A stretch of DNA of 64,000 nt, taken from assembly GCA_038087875.1 (NCBI GenBank), contig JAXLNO010000569.1:1-64000 (forward strand), written 5' to 3'. The DNA comes from Malacoraja senta. Its lineage: Eukaryota. The translations under genes and the position numbers were made by a program. The notes beneath the pieces are model-generated. The model had not been told where the DNA came from and searched no databases. It worked only from the letters and a program-made list of their open reading frames with translations. Below, piece by piece: positions 26,797-43,426 of the stretch; the first letter of the stretch is position 1, and the number at the start of each line of letters is the position of its first letter.

Positions 26797-27418
26797 CGTT
26801 GAGTATAGAAGTTGGGATGTAATGTTAAAATTGTACAAGGGATTGGTGAGGCCAATTCTGGAGTTTGGTGTACAATTTCGGTCGCCTAATTATAGGAAAG
26901 ATGACAACAAAATAGAGAGAGTACAGAGGAGATTTACTAGAATGCTGCCTGGGTTTCAGCACCTAAGTTGCAGAGAAAGGTTGAACAAGTTAGGTCTTTA
27001 TACTTGGGAGCGCAGAAGTTTAAGGGGGGACTTGATAGACGTCTTTGAAATTATGAGAGGGATAGACAGAGTTGACGTGGATAAGCTTTTTCCATTGAGA
27101 GAAGGGAAGATTCAAACAAGATGACCTGATTTGAGAATTAAGGGACAGAAGTTTAGGGGTAACATGAGGCGGACTTCTTTACTCAGAGAGTGGTAGCTGT
27201 GTGGAATGAGCTTCCAGTGGAAGTGGTGGAGGCAGGTTCGATTTTATCATTTAAAAATAAATTGGATAGGTATATAGACGGGAAAGGAATGGAGGGTTAT
27301 GGTCTGAGTGCAGATAGATGGGACTAGGTGTGAGTAAGTGTTCGGCACGGACTAGAAGGGGCGAGATGGCCTGTTTCCGTGCTGTAATTGTTATATGGTT
27401 ATATGGTTATATGGTTAT
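26797..27418 (+). mobile_element. CR1 LINE 3' fragment (same family as 1128-4305)
   Basis: LYKGLVRPILEFGVQF...; (TTATATGG)n tail; a shorter copy sits at ~42030-42198. Confidence 0.88.
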
Positions 27419-29839
27419 AGAAACATATACAATTATAAAAGGACTGGACAAGCTGGATGCAGGAAAAAATGTTCCCAATGTTGGGCGAGTCCAGAACCAG
27501 GGGCCACAGTCTTAGAATAAAGGGGAGGTCATTTAAGACAGAGTTGGGAAAAAACTTTCTCACCCATGGAGTTGTCAATTTGTGGAATTCTCAGCCACAG
27601 AGGGCAGTGGAGGCCAAATCACTGGATGGATTTAAAAGATAGTTAAATAGAGCTCTAGGGGCTAGTGGAATCAAGGGATATGGGGAGAAGGCAGGCACGG
27701 GTTAGTGATTGGGGACGATCAGCCATGATCACAATGAATGGCGGTGCTGGCTCGAAGGGCCGGATGACATCCTCCTGCACCTATTGCCCATGTCTCTATG
27801 CTTCTATGAATATTTCAGCATCCCTTGCAATATCAGTGATGTCATGGTATGAATTATGATTTATTTTTGGGGGAAAAAACAAAAGTGGAATGGTAGATGG
27901 GTTCACTGGAGATGTCCATCGAAATCACACCAACATTAAATGAAATAACACAGTGTCATGGACCATTCTTTCATTGGAAAGCATAAATTCTTGTTTTCAG
28001 TGAAAAATACACAAAGTGCTGGTGTAACAGAGGGTCAGGCAACATTTTTGGAGAACGTGTATAGGTGACGTTTCGGATAGTGACCATTCTTCAGACTCTG
28101 TTTATCAGCGACTCGCTTCGTGTTTTTTTTTACTCGATAATTAAATTATTCGCTTGTCATCTCCCATGGTGGAGTCAATGGCTGTGGCGCAAGTTAGTCC
28201 CTGGTGAGATAGCAGTTTACAGTCCTAATGGCCTCTGGGAAGAAACTCCTTCTCATCCTCTCCGTTTTCACAGCATGGCAACGGAGGCGTTTGGCTGACC
28301 AGACGACGATGATGCAAGGTGAAGGACAAAAAGAGTTAATAGGAATCTAGGAGTAACGTTTCCACACAGAAGGTGGTGGGTGGATGGAACTAGCTGCCAG
28401 AGGAGAGTTAAGGTTGGGACTATCCCAAAGTTTAAGAAACCGCTACAAGGTTACACCGATAGGACGGGTTTGGAGGGATATGGACCAGACGCCAGGGACT
28501 AGTGCAACTGGGACATGTTGGTCGGTTTGGACGTAGGGCCGAAGGGCCTGTTTCCACGCTGTATCACACCAAGGGCGGCACATTGGTTGCACTACTGCTA
28601 CAAAACGCCAGAGACCAGGGTTCTATCCTGCCCTCGTCTGCTGTCTGTGTGTAAGTGTGCACATTCGCCCTGTGACCGCGTGAGTTTCCTCTGAGTGGCC
28701 GAAGATCCTCTTTCCCACGCTGTATCTAACTTAAACCAAATCACACTGAAATTACGCATGCCATGTCTCACAGTGTGCTCGGGGGGGGGGGGGTGGGGGT
28801 GGCAGATTACGGAGAGAAGCCATCATTGAGCGAAACATAGCACACGGTCAGACTGTGCACAGTCCGACTGAGCAAAAGAGACAGAAATGTCTGATAGAAA
28901 CATATACAATTATAAAAGGACTGGACAACCTAGATGCAGGAAAAACTGTTCCCAATGTTCGGCGAGTCCAGAACCAGGGGCCGCAATCTTAGAATAAAGG
29001 CGAGGCCATTTAAGACTGAGGTGAGAAAAAAACGTTTTCACCCAGAGAGTTGTCAATTTGTGGAATTCTCTGCCACAGAGGGCAGTGGAGGCCAAATCAT
29101 TGGATGGATTTAAGAGAGAGTTAAATAGTGGTCCAGGGGCTAGTGGAATCAAGGGATATGGGGAGAAGGCAGGCACGGGTTAGTGATTCTGGACGATCAG
29201 CCATGATCACAATGAACGGCGGTGCAGGCTCGAAGGGCCGAATGGCCTCCTCCTGCACCTATTGTCTATGTTTCAATGCTTCTATGAATATTTCAGTATC
29301 AGTGACACTTGCAATATCAGTGATGTCATCGTATGAATGATGATTTATTTCGGGGGGAAAAAACAAAACTGGAATGGTAGATGGGTTCACTGGAGATGTC
29401 CATCGAAATCACACCAACATTAAATGAAATAACACAGTGTCATGGACCATTCTTTCATTGGAAAGCAAAAATTCCTGTTTTCGGTGAAAACTACACAAAG
29501 TGCTGGTGTAACAGAGGGACAGGCAACATTTTTGTAGAACGTGTATAGGTGACGTTTCGGATAGTGACCATTCTTCAGATTCTGTTTTCAGCGACTCGCT
29601 TCGTGTTTTTTTTTACTCGATCCTTAAATTATTCGCTTGTCATCTCCCATGGTGGAGACAATGGCTGTGGCGCAAGGTGTTTATTCCGTGAGTGTCACTA
29701 ATGTCAATCAGCAGGTATGAGGTCATGTCGCTGGAGACCTATCGCTCTATATATCTCGGTGCCCACCAGAAGGCATCGCCACAGAGCTACAGCGATGACG
29801 GACTGACGGAGCCACAGGAGTTAATTGTGTTTTCCAGCT

Positions 29840-29909
29840 ATGGGATATCCATTGATCTATCGAATTGAATATATATATTACGCTACAATAGCGGCTGTCG
29901 CTGTTTTCG
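29840..29909 (+). pseudogene. GPR139/142-like GPCR copy 2, exon 1
   Basis: MGYPLIYRIEYIYYATIAAVAVF+G then gtaatt donor. Confidence 0.8.
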
Positions 29910-30598
29910 GTAATTTGGTTTGTCTCTGATTTTCATGTGCGCGCATTAGCTGTGAGACATTCCGTACACTCCGGCGGTGCCGACGTTAAACAAACAATGT
30001 TTGTGTTTCAATAATTCAATTGTTTAATTTGGTTAGACATCCATTTTCCTACTGTAACTGCCGCAATGTGTACGTCATGCCCGTTGTTTATCCCGGCCTG
30101 GATCACTGTCTGTACTGATTGCGCCGGCCAGAGCCCTGACCAGCGAGCAGGTATCAGATAATCACACCCTGGTATGTTGGTCAGGAGCTGTGTGAATGGC
30201 AACTTGGGTTCCTTCCGTGGAGAGTCTGAAACGTGTTAGTGAAATGACATGTGTTCCCAATCGGACAAACCTGCTTAACTGAATATATAATCGATATATT
30301 TTCTGCATTCGTCGCTGCGTGAAGCGTAATCCCGCGTTAGACCTGTAATGCTACAGCTCATGAGATAAAGCAAGTGAATGTCACGAGCTGGGATCTGACT
30401 CTATGAAGGTGTCACGACTTTACTATGATGTAAACTCAGATGTTAACTCAGATGTAAACAGATGCTGTCACGTAATTTTATATCAGTTAATGTTATGTAT
30501 TTTGATATCTTCTCCTTCGGACCATCTGTATATTCGAATTTATATCCGCAGATGTATCTGTATCATCTTCCCAATCGTGCCACAGTCAGTACTGCCTG

Positions 30599-30979
30599 CA
30601 TGGGCGGTAATTCTGGGTAGGTACGGGAGCTCCACTACCCCCCCCCCCCGGTGCTTTGAGAGGTGGGGGGCAATCCCGCCAATTTTTGTAATCCGGAATT
30701 TATCAGACATTTTCTATGGGCTGAATCGGCCAGTTCGCGTGGCCTTTCATCGCCCAGCGCGACTTAAAATCAACATGCTGCATCCAGGCGATCGAGGCTC
30801 CCGATGTTGAAGCCCCCGCCGGCCGATGATAGGTCCCGTGAACGGACCGATTCAAGCCCCACCATTCGCGGCGGGCGAAGCTGCTGTTGCTGGATTTCGG
30901 AGTCGGTCACCAACCAGGTCAGCTTCCGATGTTACCGTCCCCCCCCCCCTCCATGTTTTAATAGCGATTTCCGTGCCTG
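30599..30979. mobile_element. hAT-type MITE in GPCR intron (copy 2)
   Basis: Ends CATGGGCGGTAAT / ATTTCCGTGCCTG, flanked by 8-bp TSD actgcctg / actgccgg. Confidence 0.55.
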
Positions 30980-31413
30980 ACTGCCGGTGTCACACAGTTC
31001 CGGAGACGCAGGTTCAATCTCCACCCTCCCGTGCTTTATGGGCAATGTTTCATCGTTCGTCCTCCGACTCCACGCTAATCTTGGCTGTGCGCATGTTTCC
31101 TCCCACTTGCAATTGACCTGCCTATTAATGGTTTCTGTAACTACTGTCCATGGGACAGTGTGGATGGATGCTACAATCTGGAGACAGTTCATAAGAATAT
31201 GGGCAGTATTAAAAGCTGTGAACGTAATATACATTGGTGTTTGATGATGTGCGTGGACACCGTTGTCCAAAGGCTGTAGTCTCTGAACGTGGTCTGGGCT
31301 AAAGGTCATTTGGTCAACCAAATTTGAAGTTTGAAAACCTTCCAATCAGACAATGTCCCTCAGATGCTTTTGTGCGGGCCTTATATCAGTAATATCTCTT
31401 CTCTCTCTCACAG

Positions 31414-32317
31414 TGAACTTGTTGGCGATTGTGATTCTCTGTCGAGGTAAATGCGGTCTGTCCAAATGCATCACTGTCTACCTGGTGGCCATGGCAGCGT
31501 CTGATCTCCTGGTCAGCATCACCGATCCGTTTCTCCGTAAGACTATTCGAATTTACTTCCCGTATTCTTTGCTGAACATTACTCCCGTGTGCACGACTAT
31601 CTATTTCCTGGTCTTTGCATCCACCGCTGTCTCTGTCTGGCTGACGGTCGCCTTCACCTTCGATCGGTTTGTGGCTATTTGTTGTGAGAAGCTGAAAACA
31701 AGATATTGCACTGAGAGAACGGCGGCTGTGATTATCGGGGCAGTGAGTGTGCTGGGCTGTTTAGAGAACGTCCCCCGGTGTTTTACGGTACAACCTGCCT
31801 ACGTGTTTGATAATCTTACCTGGGGTTGCTACACCAAACCCACCTACTCTACGTCGTCTGCATGGATCGCATATGAGGTCACACACCGCGTTCTAACCCC
31901 TTGTATCCCGTTCTTTCTGATCCTTCTGCTCAATGTGCTGACGGTCAGGCGGATTGTAGCGGCCAGCAGAGTCCGCAGGGGGCTCCGGGGAAAAAGCAAC
32001 GGAGAGAATGACAAGGACCCGGAGATGGAGAACCGCAGGAAATCCATGGTTTTACTCTTCAGTATCACGGGCACTTTCGTCCTGCTGTGGGCAACACAGG
32101 CCATATTTTACATCTTTACGGGTATTGCGAAGGTGCGAGTTGACAACAACCCCACCGGTTATTACTACATCACAACGGTCACGTCGATGTTCCTGCAATG
32201 CTCAGTACCTGCACCAACACGTGTATTTACGTGGTGACCCAGAGTAAATTCAGGGCTGAGCTGATCAACGCGGTTAAATTCCCAGTGAGTGCAATTCGTG
32301 CACTTGTACGTCCGTGA
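31414..32317 (+). pseudogene. GPR139/142-like GPCR copy 2, exon 2; frameshifted in TM7 (pseudogene or assembly indel)
   Basis: 1-bp deletion at ~32198 (CAA-TG vs CAG CTG) gives a stop at 32237; the ancestral stop TGA is at 32315-32317. Confidence 0.8.
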
Positions 32318-34689
32318 CCCTCTGATCCACGCCGATAGTTCAACATACATTTGCTCCCATCAGTGTTTGTCCTCCCAATATTCCCATTCAATTGCTCAGA
32401 ATCTCCACTACGCACATACTCACACGGAACAGCTTGCAATGGCCATTTGAACCATCACTCGTAGAAGTTATAGAATCATACATCACTGAATCTGTCACTT
32501 TGGCTCAATTCATCTCTGCTAACCGAGATGCGCCGTCAACGCGAGTCCAATTTGCCCGCGATTCCCCGACATTCATTTTAACCTTTCCTATAAATGCACC
32601 CGTCCCTAACCCTAACGGGCTTGCCCCCTCCTGTATCAAAAATCTTCTAACCCACCATTCTACCTCCAGGTCCCTCAGGTCGGCAGACTTGGGGCTACTG
32701 ACTATCTCGCGCTCTAGGTTTAAGCTCAGGGGTGACAGCGCTTTTGCTGTTGCAGCACCTAGACTGTGGAAATGCATCCCTCTACTCATCAGAACTACCC
32801 CCGCCATCGACTGCTTTCAATCGAGGCTCAAAACCTATTTCTACCCAATAGCGTTTTTGAGGCCCTCTAAGGGAGCGCTGTAAACAGTTTGTGTATGTAT
32901 TGTTAGCTCTATGTACCATTGTATGAAGCACATTAGTATCTGCTCCGGTCTACAGCACTTTGGTCAACGTGAGATGTTTTTAAATGTGCTATACAAATAA
33001 AATTGACTGACCGACTGACTGACTGGTCTTTTAAATATCGCGACTGTTTCACTCCAGCACGTCTGCAGGATGCGGGACTTAACCTGAGAAGCGAGGGGAA
33101 TCCTCGCCGTCAGTGGGATAACATGATCCGATAAGTTAATCCATAAATTAATCCAGTGTGGATAAGAGCTAATTACAAGCGCATCATCGGGACGAATTTT
33201 TTGGAATTTCGTTTTGAATGGGAAGTCGCGAAAGAAAGTAAACCCGGATGGTGTTCTGTACCTTAGTGATATTCTGATCTGCTGACTGTCATTGGCTCGC
33301 AGGCAACACAACAGGGCAAGAACCAGAAGCTCAAAGTAAATAGCCGTGTGCACCGTCATTTGAAAGTTCACCGTCGAAATTGACAGTCACTGTTTTGGGC
33401 GTGTCTCCGCTTTCTTCTTATCGAGTCCACACACAAGATTAGAAGTCGTTCAGCCAGAGCTGAACACACTTCTCGGCATCTGCACAATGGTGTCTGTCTT
33501 GTCGCTTCTTGTGCTTCTTGTGCGTGGTGGTGGAAAGATTGGTGGAAACAAGGGCCGTGATGTGAACGCTCTTTCCTTGAGCCCTTGTCTCCGCCAAGAG
33601 AGAGCGACAGGAGAAGCATGACCCCCCGTCCCACTGTACGAGGTAATTGAAGAGTTCACCCGGGTTTTCCCCTGATTCGAACTCGGAGAATGTCCGAAGC
33701 GGGTCCGTAGGAGTTCGTGGATGTCTCGTAGCGGCTCGTTATGCTAACGGTAGGTTCTCTGGAAATCCGGTAAACTCGTGACGTTTTTTCAACACTGTGA
33801 AAAATGTCCACGAGTAAAAAAAATACTCGCACGAACCGCTACGAGACATCCACGAACTTCTACCGGTCCGCTGCGGACATTCTCCGAGTTCGAATCAGGG
33901 GAAAACTCTGGAGAACTCTTGTACCTCGTACATAGACTTATCTCTACCCATCGTTTTCTGTTCTGTTCCCACTTCATTCCTGTCCCACTGTACGAGCTAA
34001 TTCAAGAGTTCTCCCCAGTTTCCCCTGATTCGAACTCGGAGAATTACGGTAATAGCCGCTGGTAGGTACTCGGGGCTCTCGTGGACATTTTTCAATATGC
34101 TGAAACATGTTCACGAGCTGTCCGCGTTTCCCGAGTACCTGGCGTTAACGAGCCGCTGAGAGACGTCCCGAGCTCCGACGTACCCGCTACGTACATACAC
34201 GGGTTTGATTTTTTTCTCACTCAGGAGAGCTCTTCAATTACCTCGTACAGTGGGACAGGCACTGGCACACTTCGCGCTATGACATACCTTTCGGTCATTA
34301 TTTGACGGCTGCATTTCTCATCATATCTGACGACGTTAGATTTGCCGCAGATGATCTGAAGCCGACGTAAACAATGCGTGGAAAACACAAATTGATGGAG
34401 CAAATCTGCGAGTCGAGCAGAAACTGTGCAGGGAATGGACAGACGGCGTTTTGTGTCGGAACCGCGAAGATCTGGGGGAATAGCCCATCGAGAAACAACG
34501 CCTGTCTATCCGCATCACAAATGCTGTCTGACCCATTGAGTACTGAACTACCCCCCGCTGCAGGATGCAAAGGATTTGGAGAGGGCGTTGAAATGTTAGC
34601 ATGTTGGTAAAATGCAAAGGTTGGATGGAAGAGGGCAAAGTTCAATTGAGATGTGTGGGGCATGTTTCTATATGTAGAGGGTGACCGAT

Positions 34690-34968
34690 GCCTGAATTTC
34701 TTAGAACGGAGACGAGGAATCACTTTTTCTCACAGTGAGTGGTGTCTGTGAAATTCTCTGCCTCAGAGGGCGGTGGATGCCGGTTCTCTGGAATATTTCA
34801 AGAGAGAGTTAGATAGGGCTCTTAAAAATAGCGGAGTCAGGGGATATGGGGAGAAGGCAGGAACGGGGTACTGATTGTGGATGATCAGCCATGATCACAT
34901 TGAATGGCGGTGTTGGCACGAAGGGCCAAATGGCCTACTCCTGCACCTATGTTCTATTGTCTATTGAA
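34690..34968 (+). mobile_element. CR1 LINE 3' fragment
   Basis: CR1 3' UTR ending ATTGTCTATTG; equivalent at ~49615-49897. Confidence 0.8.
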
Positions 34969-35051
34969 ATGTTCTTCTCGTGTCGATGGTGGAGGCTGTT
35001 AGTTTCTTTTTTTTAAATTTATTTTTAATTTTTATTAGAAGTAAGTACAAT

Positions 35052-36254
<1,203 letters not shown>

Positions 36255-36255
36255 T

Positions 36256-37934
<1,679 letters not shown>

Positions 37935-37935
37935 T

Positions 37936-39701
37936 GAAAGCTTAAAATGTGAATAACTCTTAAAATTATTAAAACTATTTAAATGTTAAAGATGAGATTT
38001 ATTCAGTTCAGTTCTTTCTTGTTGTATCTCTTGTAGGATTCTGCTGCTCACTGCGACTCGATATCGCTTTGCTGTTGATGAAGATAAAGACACACAATTT
38101 TAATATAGAGCCATTAATAAGTGTTTAAACTTTAACGTAGAAAATCTGGGAATTTACCTCAGAAGTCATCGTTCAACCAAGGACGCGTTTGATAACACTC
38201 TTGCTCGATGTTCCATCATTCAGGAAAACGTTGACATTTTTCTTCACCTATCCTTGACTAAGAGCCACATATAGTTGTCCATGCTGAAATACCGGTTTAT
38301 CAAGGTATATCTACACTTTCTCCATGGTTTGGCCTTGTGCTCTATGGATCGTCATAGCAAAACTTGACTGCAGCGGGAATGTCTTCGCCTTCTGTCAAAT
38401 TGAGCGTTATCCTAGGAATTAGAACAATGTCATCTTTGAAGGCTCCCATGTTGATTCTTGCAACGATCAGATTATTGTGTAGCTCTTCCACAATCATCCT
38501 CATTCCATTACATAGCTTTAGGGGTTCCAGGTTTCTCATTAACGTGATCGGAGATCCTTTATTCAATCCCAATTTGTGGTGATAATCCATAGATGTCGAG
38601 TGAATCAAGGAAGGCTGTTGGGAAGCATTCGTTCCCTCAGTCAAGTCAAGTCAAGTCAAGTCAAGTCACATTTATTTATATAGCACATTTAAAAAACAAT
38701 GCTCGTTGGCCAATTTGTTATAAGAATAATATAAACAAACAAACTACATACATATCTACATATAGCCCTCGCTCAGAGCACGTCAAGGAAGGCTTGTGAA
38801 TATAGATACGTTTTTAGTCTTGTCTTAAAGGAGTCGATGGAGGGGGCAGTTCCGATGGGAAGGGGGATGCTGTTCCACAGTCTAGGAGCTGCAACCGCAA
38901 AGGCGCGGTTGTCCCTGAGCTTATGCCTCGACCGCGGGATATTCAGCAACCCCAAGTCGGCCGATCTGAGGGACCTGGAGGTGGAGTGGTGGGTGAGAAG
39001 ACTTTTAATGTAGGATGGGGCAAGCCCATTGAGGGCTTTGTAGACATAGAGGAGGATCTTGAAATGTATACGGAACCGCACAGAGAGCCAGTGGAGAGAG
39101 GCCAGGATCGGGGTGATGTGGTCCCTTTTTCGGGTGCCCGTCAAGAGTCTCGCTGCGGCGTTTTGGACCAGTTGCAGGCGGAACAGGGAAGATTTGCTGA
39201 TGCCAGTGTAAAGGGAGTTGCAGTAATCTAGGCGGGAGGAGATAAATGTGTGGATGATCTTTTCGAGGTCATCAAAGTGTCGGAATTTTATTATTTTAGC
39301 TATCGTCCGAAGCTGAAAGAAGCTAGCTTTTACCACGGCATTGACTTGTTTGTCAAATTTCAGTGCTGAGTCACATATCTCGCCAAGGTTTTTGACGTGA
39401 GGTTTGAGTAGTGGGGTAAGGCTTCCAAGGCTTCCAAGTGACATCATTGATAGAAAAGTACTCCTTAATAAATCCAAGGAAGCATCTGATACATGGAGAA
39501 TTGATGCTTCTCATCGTATCGTTGTGCGGAAGCAAGATACAATGTTCGAAGAATAATTCTACAGGATTGTCAAATGCGGGATAGATGAAATCAATACAAT
39601 GTTTTTGCTGATAGAACCATGTCTTCTGGCGTTACAATTTGATCGTTTTCATTCTTTCAAATCTCGTCTTCTCCAACTTTCAACAAAAATGAGAATAGTC
39701 G

Positions 39702-39757
<56 letters not shown>

Positions 39758-41396
39758 CATATTCGGCTGCAATTGAAACTAGGTAGCGCTGCCGGGACCC
39801 ACCGCGGCCGTGGCCAACCGCTACCGCTGCCGTGGCCTTCCGCTGCCTGCCGCTGCCTTGGCCTACAGCTACCGTGGCCTGCCGCTACCGCTCCCCACCG
39901 GCTACAGGAGGGGGCCTGTAGGGTGCATCCTGCAGCTGGGGACACCGACGGCTTCAGGCGGGAGCCGGTGGGGGTGGAGGGAGGAAAGTGTCCTGCAGCT
40001 GGGGACACCGACGGTGCCAGGCGGGGGCTGTCGGGAGCGGCCTGTACCTGGAGGAAGGGGACAGCTTCAGGTGGGGGCCTGCAGGAGCGTCCTGTAACCG
40101 GGGACGAGGTTGGCTTCAGTCGGGGGCTGTCGGGGACCGGTTGGGGGGAGGGGTGCGAGCGACCTGCGGGAGGGACATCCTTCAGCCGGGGGATTGGGAC
40201 GGCATCAGGAGGGGGCTGACGGCGGGGAGCGTCCAACAGCTGGGGGAGGGTCACGGCTTCAGGCGGCGGCTGTCTGGGGGCAGTTGGGTGGGGGTAGGGC
40301 TTCAGACGGGGGCTGTCGGAGCCGGTGGCGGAGAGGGGAGCATCCGGCAGCCGGGAGGGGGGACGGCTTCAGGCGGGGGCTGTCATGGCCGGTTGGGGGG
40401 GGGGTCTTGCAGCAGGGGGACGGGGACGGCTTCAGGCGGGGTTTGTCGCGACCGGTTGGCGGGGGTGTCTTGAAGCAGGGGGACAGGGACAGCTTCAGTC
40501 GGGGTTGTCGGGGCCAGTGGGGAGGGGGAGGCGAGCATCCTGCAGCTTGGGGAGGGGGACAGCTTCAGGTGGGAGCCTTTGGGAGCCAGTGTGAGCTTCC
40601 TACAGCCGGGGAGTGGAGCAGCTTCAAGCGGAGGTTGTCGGGGACGATGGTGGTGGTGGGGCGAGCGACCCGCAGCCGGGGGAGGGGGGCGGGATGCGGC
40701 GCCGGCAGCAGGGGATGGGGGACGTCTTTAGGAGGGGGCTGTCGGGGGCGGGGTGGAGCGTCCTACAGCCGTGGTTGGGGAACGGCTTCAGGCGGGGGCT
40801 GGCAGTTGAGAGGGGGGCAGCGCCATATACCCGGGGAGGGGAACGGCTTCAGGCAGGGGCTGACGGTTGACAGTGGGAGGGGGGGGCGTCCTGCAGCCGG
40901 GGGAGGGGAATGGCTTCAGGTGGGGGCCAGAGTAGGGGGTTTCTGAAGGGCTTGTATAGGTGTTGTGGGTCGAAGGGACTGGTTTCCGGAGGGCTAGTAC
41001 ATGCATTGTGGGCCGAATGGACTTTTCTTGGGCTAGTCCTGCAGCTGGGGACAGGGAGGGTGACGGCTTCAGGTGTGGGCCGGGGAGGCGGCGCTGACGT
41101 GGCCTACGTTTGGGAGGGTTTGCGAGGGGAGGGGAGTGCGTGGGTGTGTGTGCGGTGGTGCTGTGCCCCGGCCAGCGCCCGGCCCCCGCCAGCGCCCGGC
41201 TCCCTCAATCCCCCCACACTCACTCCTTACTTCCGCAGGATCTCCAGGTTGCAGCAGTCGGCCAGGGTCCGGACCGCTCGCCAGTCCGGGCCGCCTCACC
41301 GGATGCGGGACTCACCGGCTTCGGGACGGTCTTTGCGCAAATATAAATACAGCGCAATCCGGAAGAGGACAAGATGAGTTTTAGTTAAGTATCGAA
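37936..41396 (-). mobile_element. Helitron-derived segment with Pif1-helicase remnant (unit 3), with L2 insertion at ~38640-39430
   Basis: Paralogous to 21927-26078; LMRNLEPLKLCNGMR...IPRITL; L2 ORF fragment 38773-39477 (SRLDYCNSL, QNAAARLL). Confidence 0.75.
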
Positions 41397-42028
<632 letters not shown>

Positions 42029-43013
42029 CATTGAGCATAGAAGTTGTGATGTAATGTTAAAATTGTACAAGGGATTGGTGAGGCCAATTCTGGAGTTTGG
42101 AGTACAATTTTGGTCGCCAAATTATAGGAAAGATGTCAACAAAATAGAGAGAGTACAGAGGAGATTTACTAGAATGCTGCCTGGGTTTCAACACCTAAGA
42201 CTGAGGTGAGAAAATCTTTCTCACCCAGGGAGTTGTCAATTTGTGGCATTCCCTTCCACAGAGTGCAGTGGAGTCCAAATCACTGGATGGATTTAAAAGA
42301 GAGTTAGATAGAGTTCCAATGGCTAGTGGAATCAAGGGGTATGGGGAGAAGGCAGGCACGGGTTATTGATTGGGGACGATCAGCCATGATCACAATGAAT
42401 GGCGGTGCTGGCTCGAAGGGCCGAATGGCCTCCTCCTGCACCTATTGTCCATGTTTCTATTTCTATGAATATTTCAGCATCTCTTGCGATATCAGTGATG
42501 TCATGGTGTGAATTATGATTTATTTTAGGGGTAAAAAACAAAACTGGAATGGTAGATGGGTTCACTGGAGATGTCCATCGAAATCATACCAACATTAAAT
42601 GAAATAACACAGTGTCATGGACCATTCTTTCATTGGAAAGCATAAATTCTTGTTTTCAGTGAAAAATACACAAAGTGCTGGTGTAACAGAGGGTCAAGCA
42701 ACATTTTTGGAGAACGTGTATAGGTGACGTTTCGGATAGCGACCATTCTTCAGACTCTGTTTTCAGCGAATCGCTTCGTGTTTTTTTTACTCGATCCTTA
42801 AATTAGTCGCTTGTCATCTCCCATGGTGGAGTTAATGGCTGTGGCGCAAGATGTTTGTTCCGTGAGTGTCACTAATGTCAATCAGCAGGTATGAGGTCAT
42901 GTCGCTGGAGACCTATCGCTCTATATATCTCGGTGCCCACCAGAAGGCATCGCCACAGAGCTACAGCGATGACGGACTGACGGAGCCACAGGAGTTAATT
43001 GTGTCTTGCAGCT

Positions 43014-43083
43014 ATGGAATTTCCATTGATCTATCGAATTGAAGATATATATCACCCTACAATAGCGGCTGTCGCTGTTTTCG
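43014..43083 (+). CDS. GPR139/142-like GPCR copy 3, coding exon 1
   Basis: MEFPLIYRIEDIYHPTIAAVAVF+G then gtaatt donor. Confidence 0.87.
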
Positions 43084-43426
43084 GTAATTTGATTTGTCTC
43101 TGATTTTCATGTACGCGCATTAGCTGTGAGACATTCCGTAAATTCCGGCGGTGCCGACGTTAAACAAACATTGTTTGTGTTTCAATATTTTCTGCACTCG
43201 TCGCTGCGTGAAGTTTAATCCCGCGTTAGACCTGTAATGCTACAGCTCATGAGATAAAGCAAGTGAATGTCACGAGCTGGGATCTGACTCTATGAAGGTG
43301 TCACGACTTTACTATGATGTAAACTCAGATGTTAACTCAGATGTAAACAGATGCTGTCACGTAATTTTATATCAGTTAATGTTATGTATTTTGATATCTT
43401 CTCCTTCGGACGATCTGTAAATTCGA

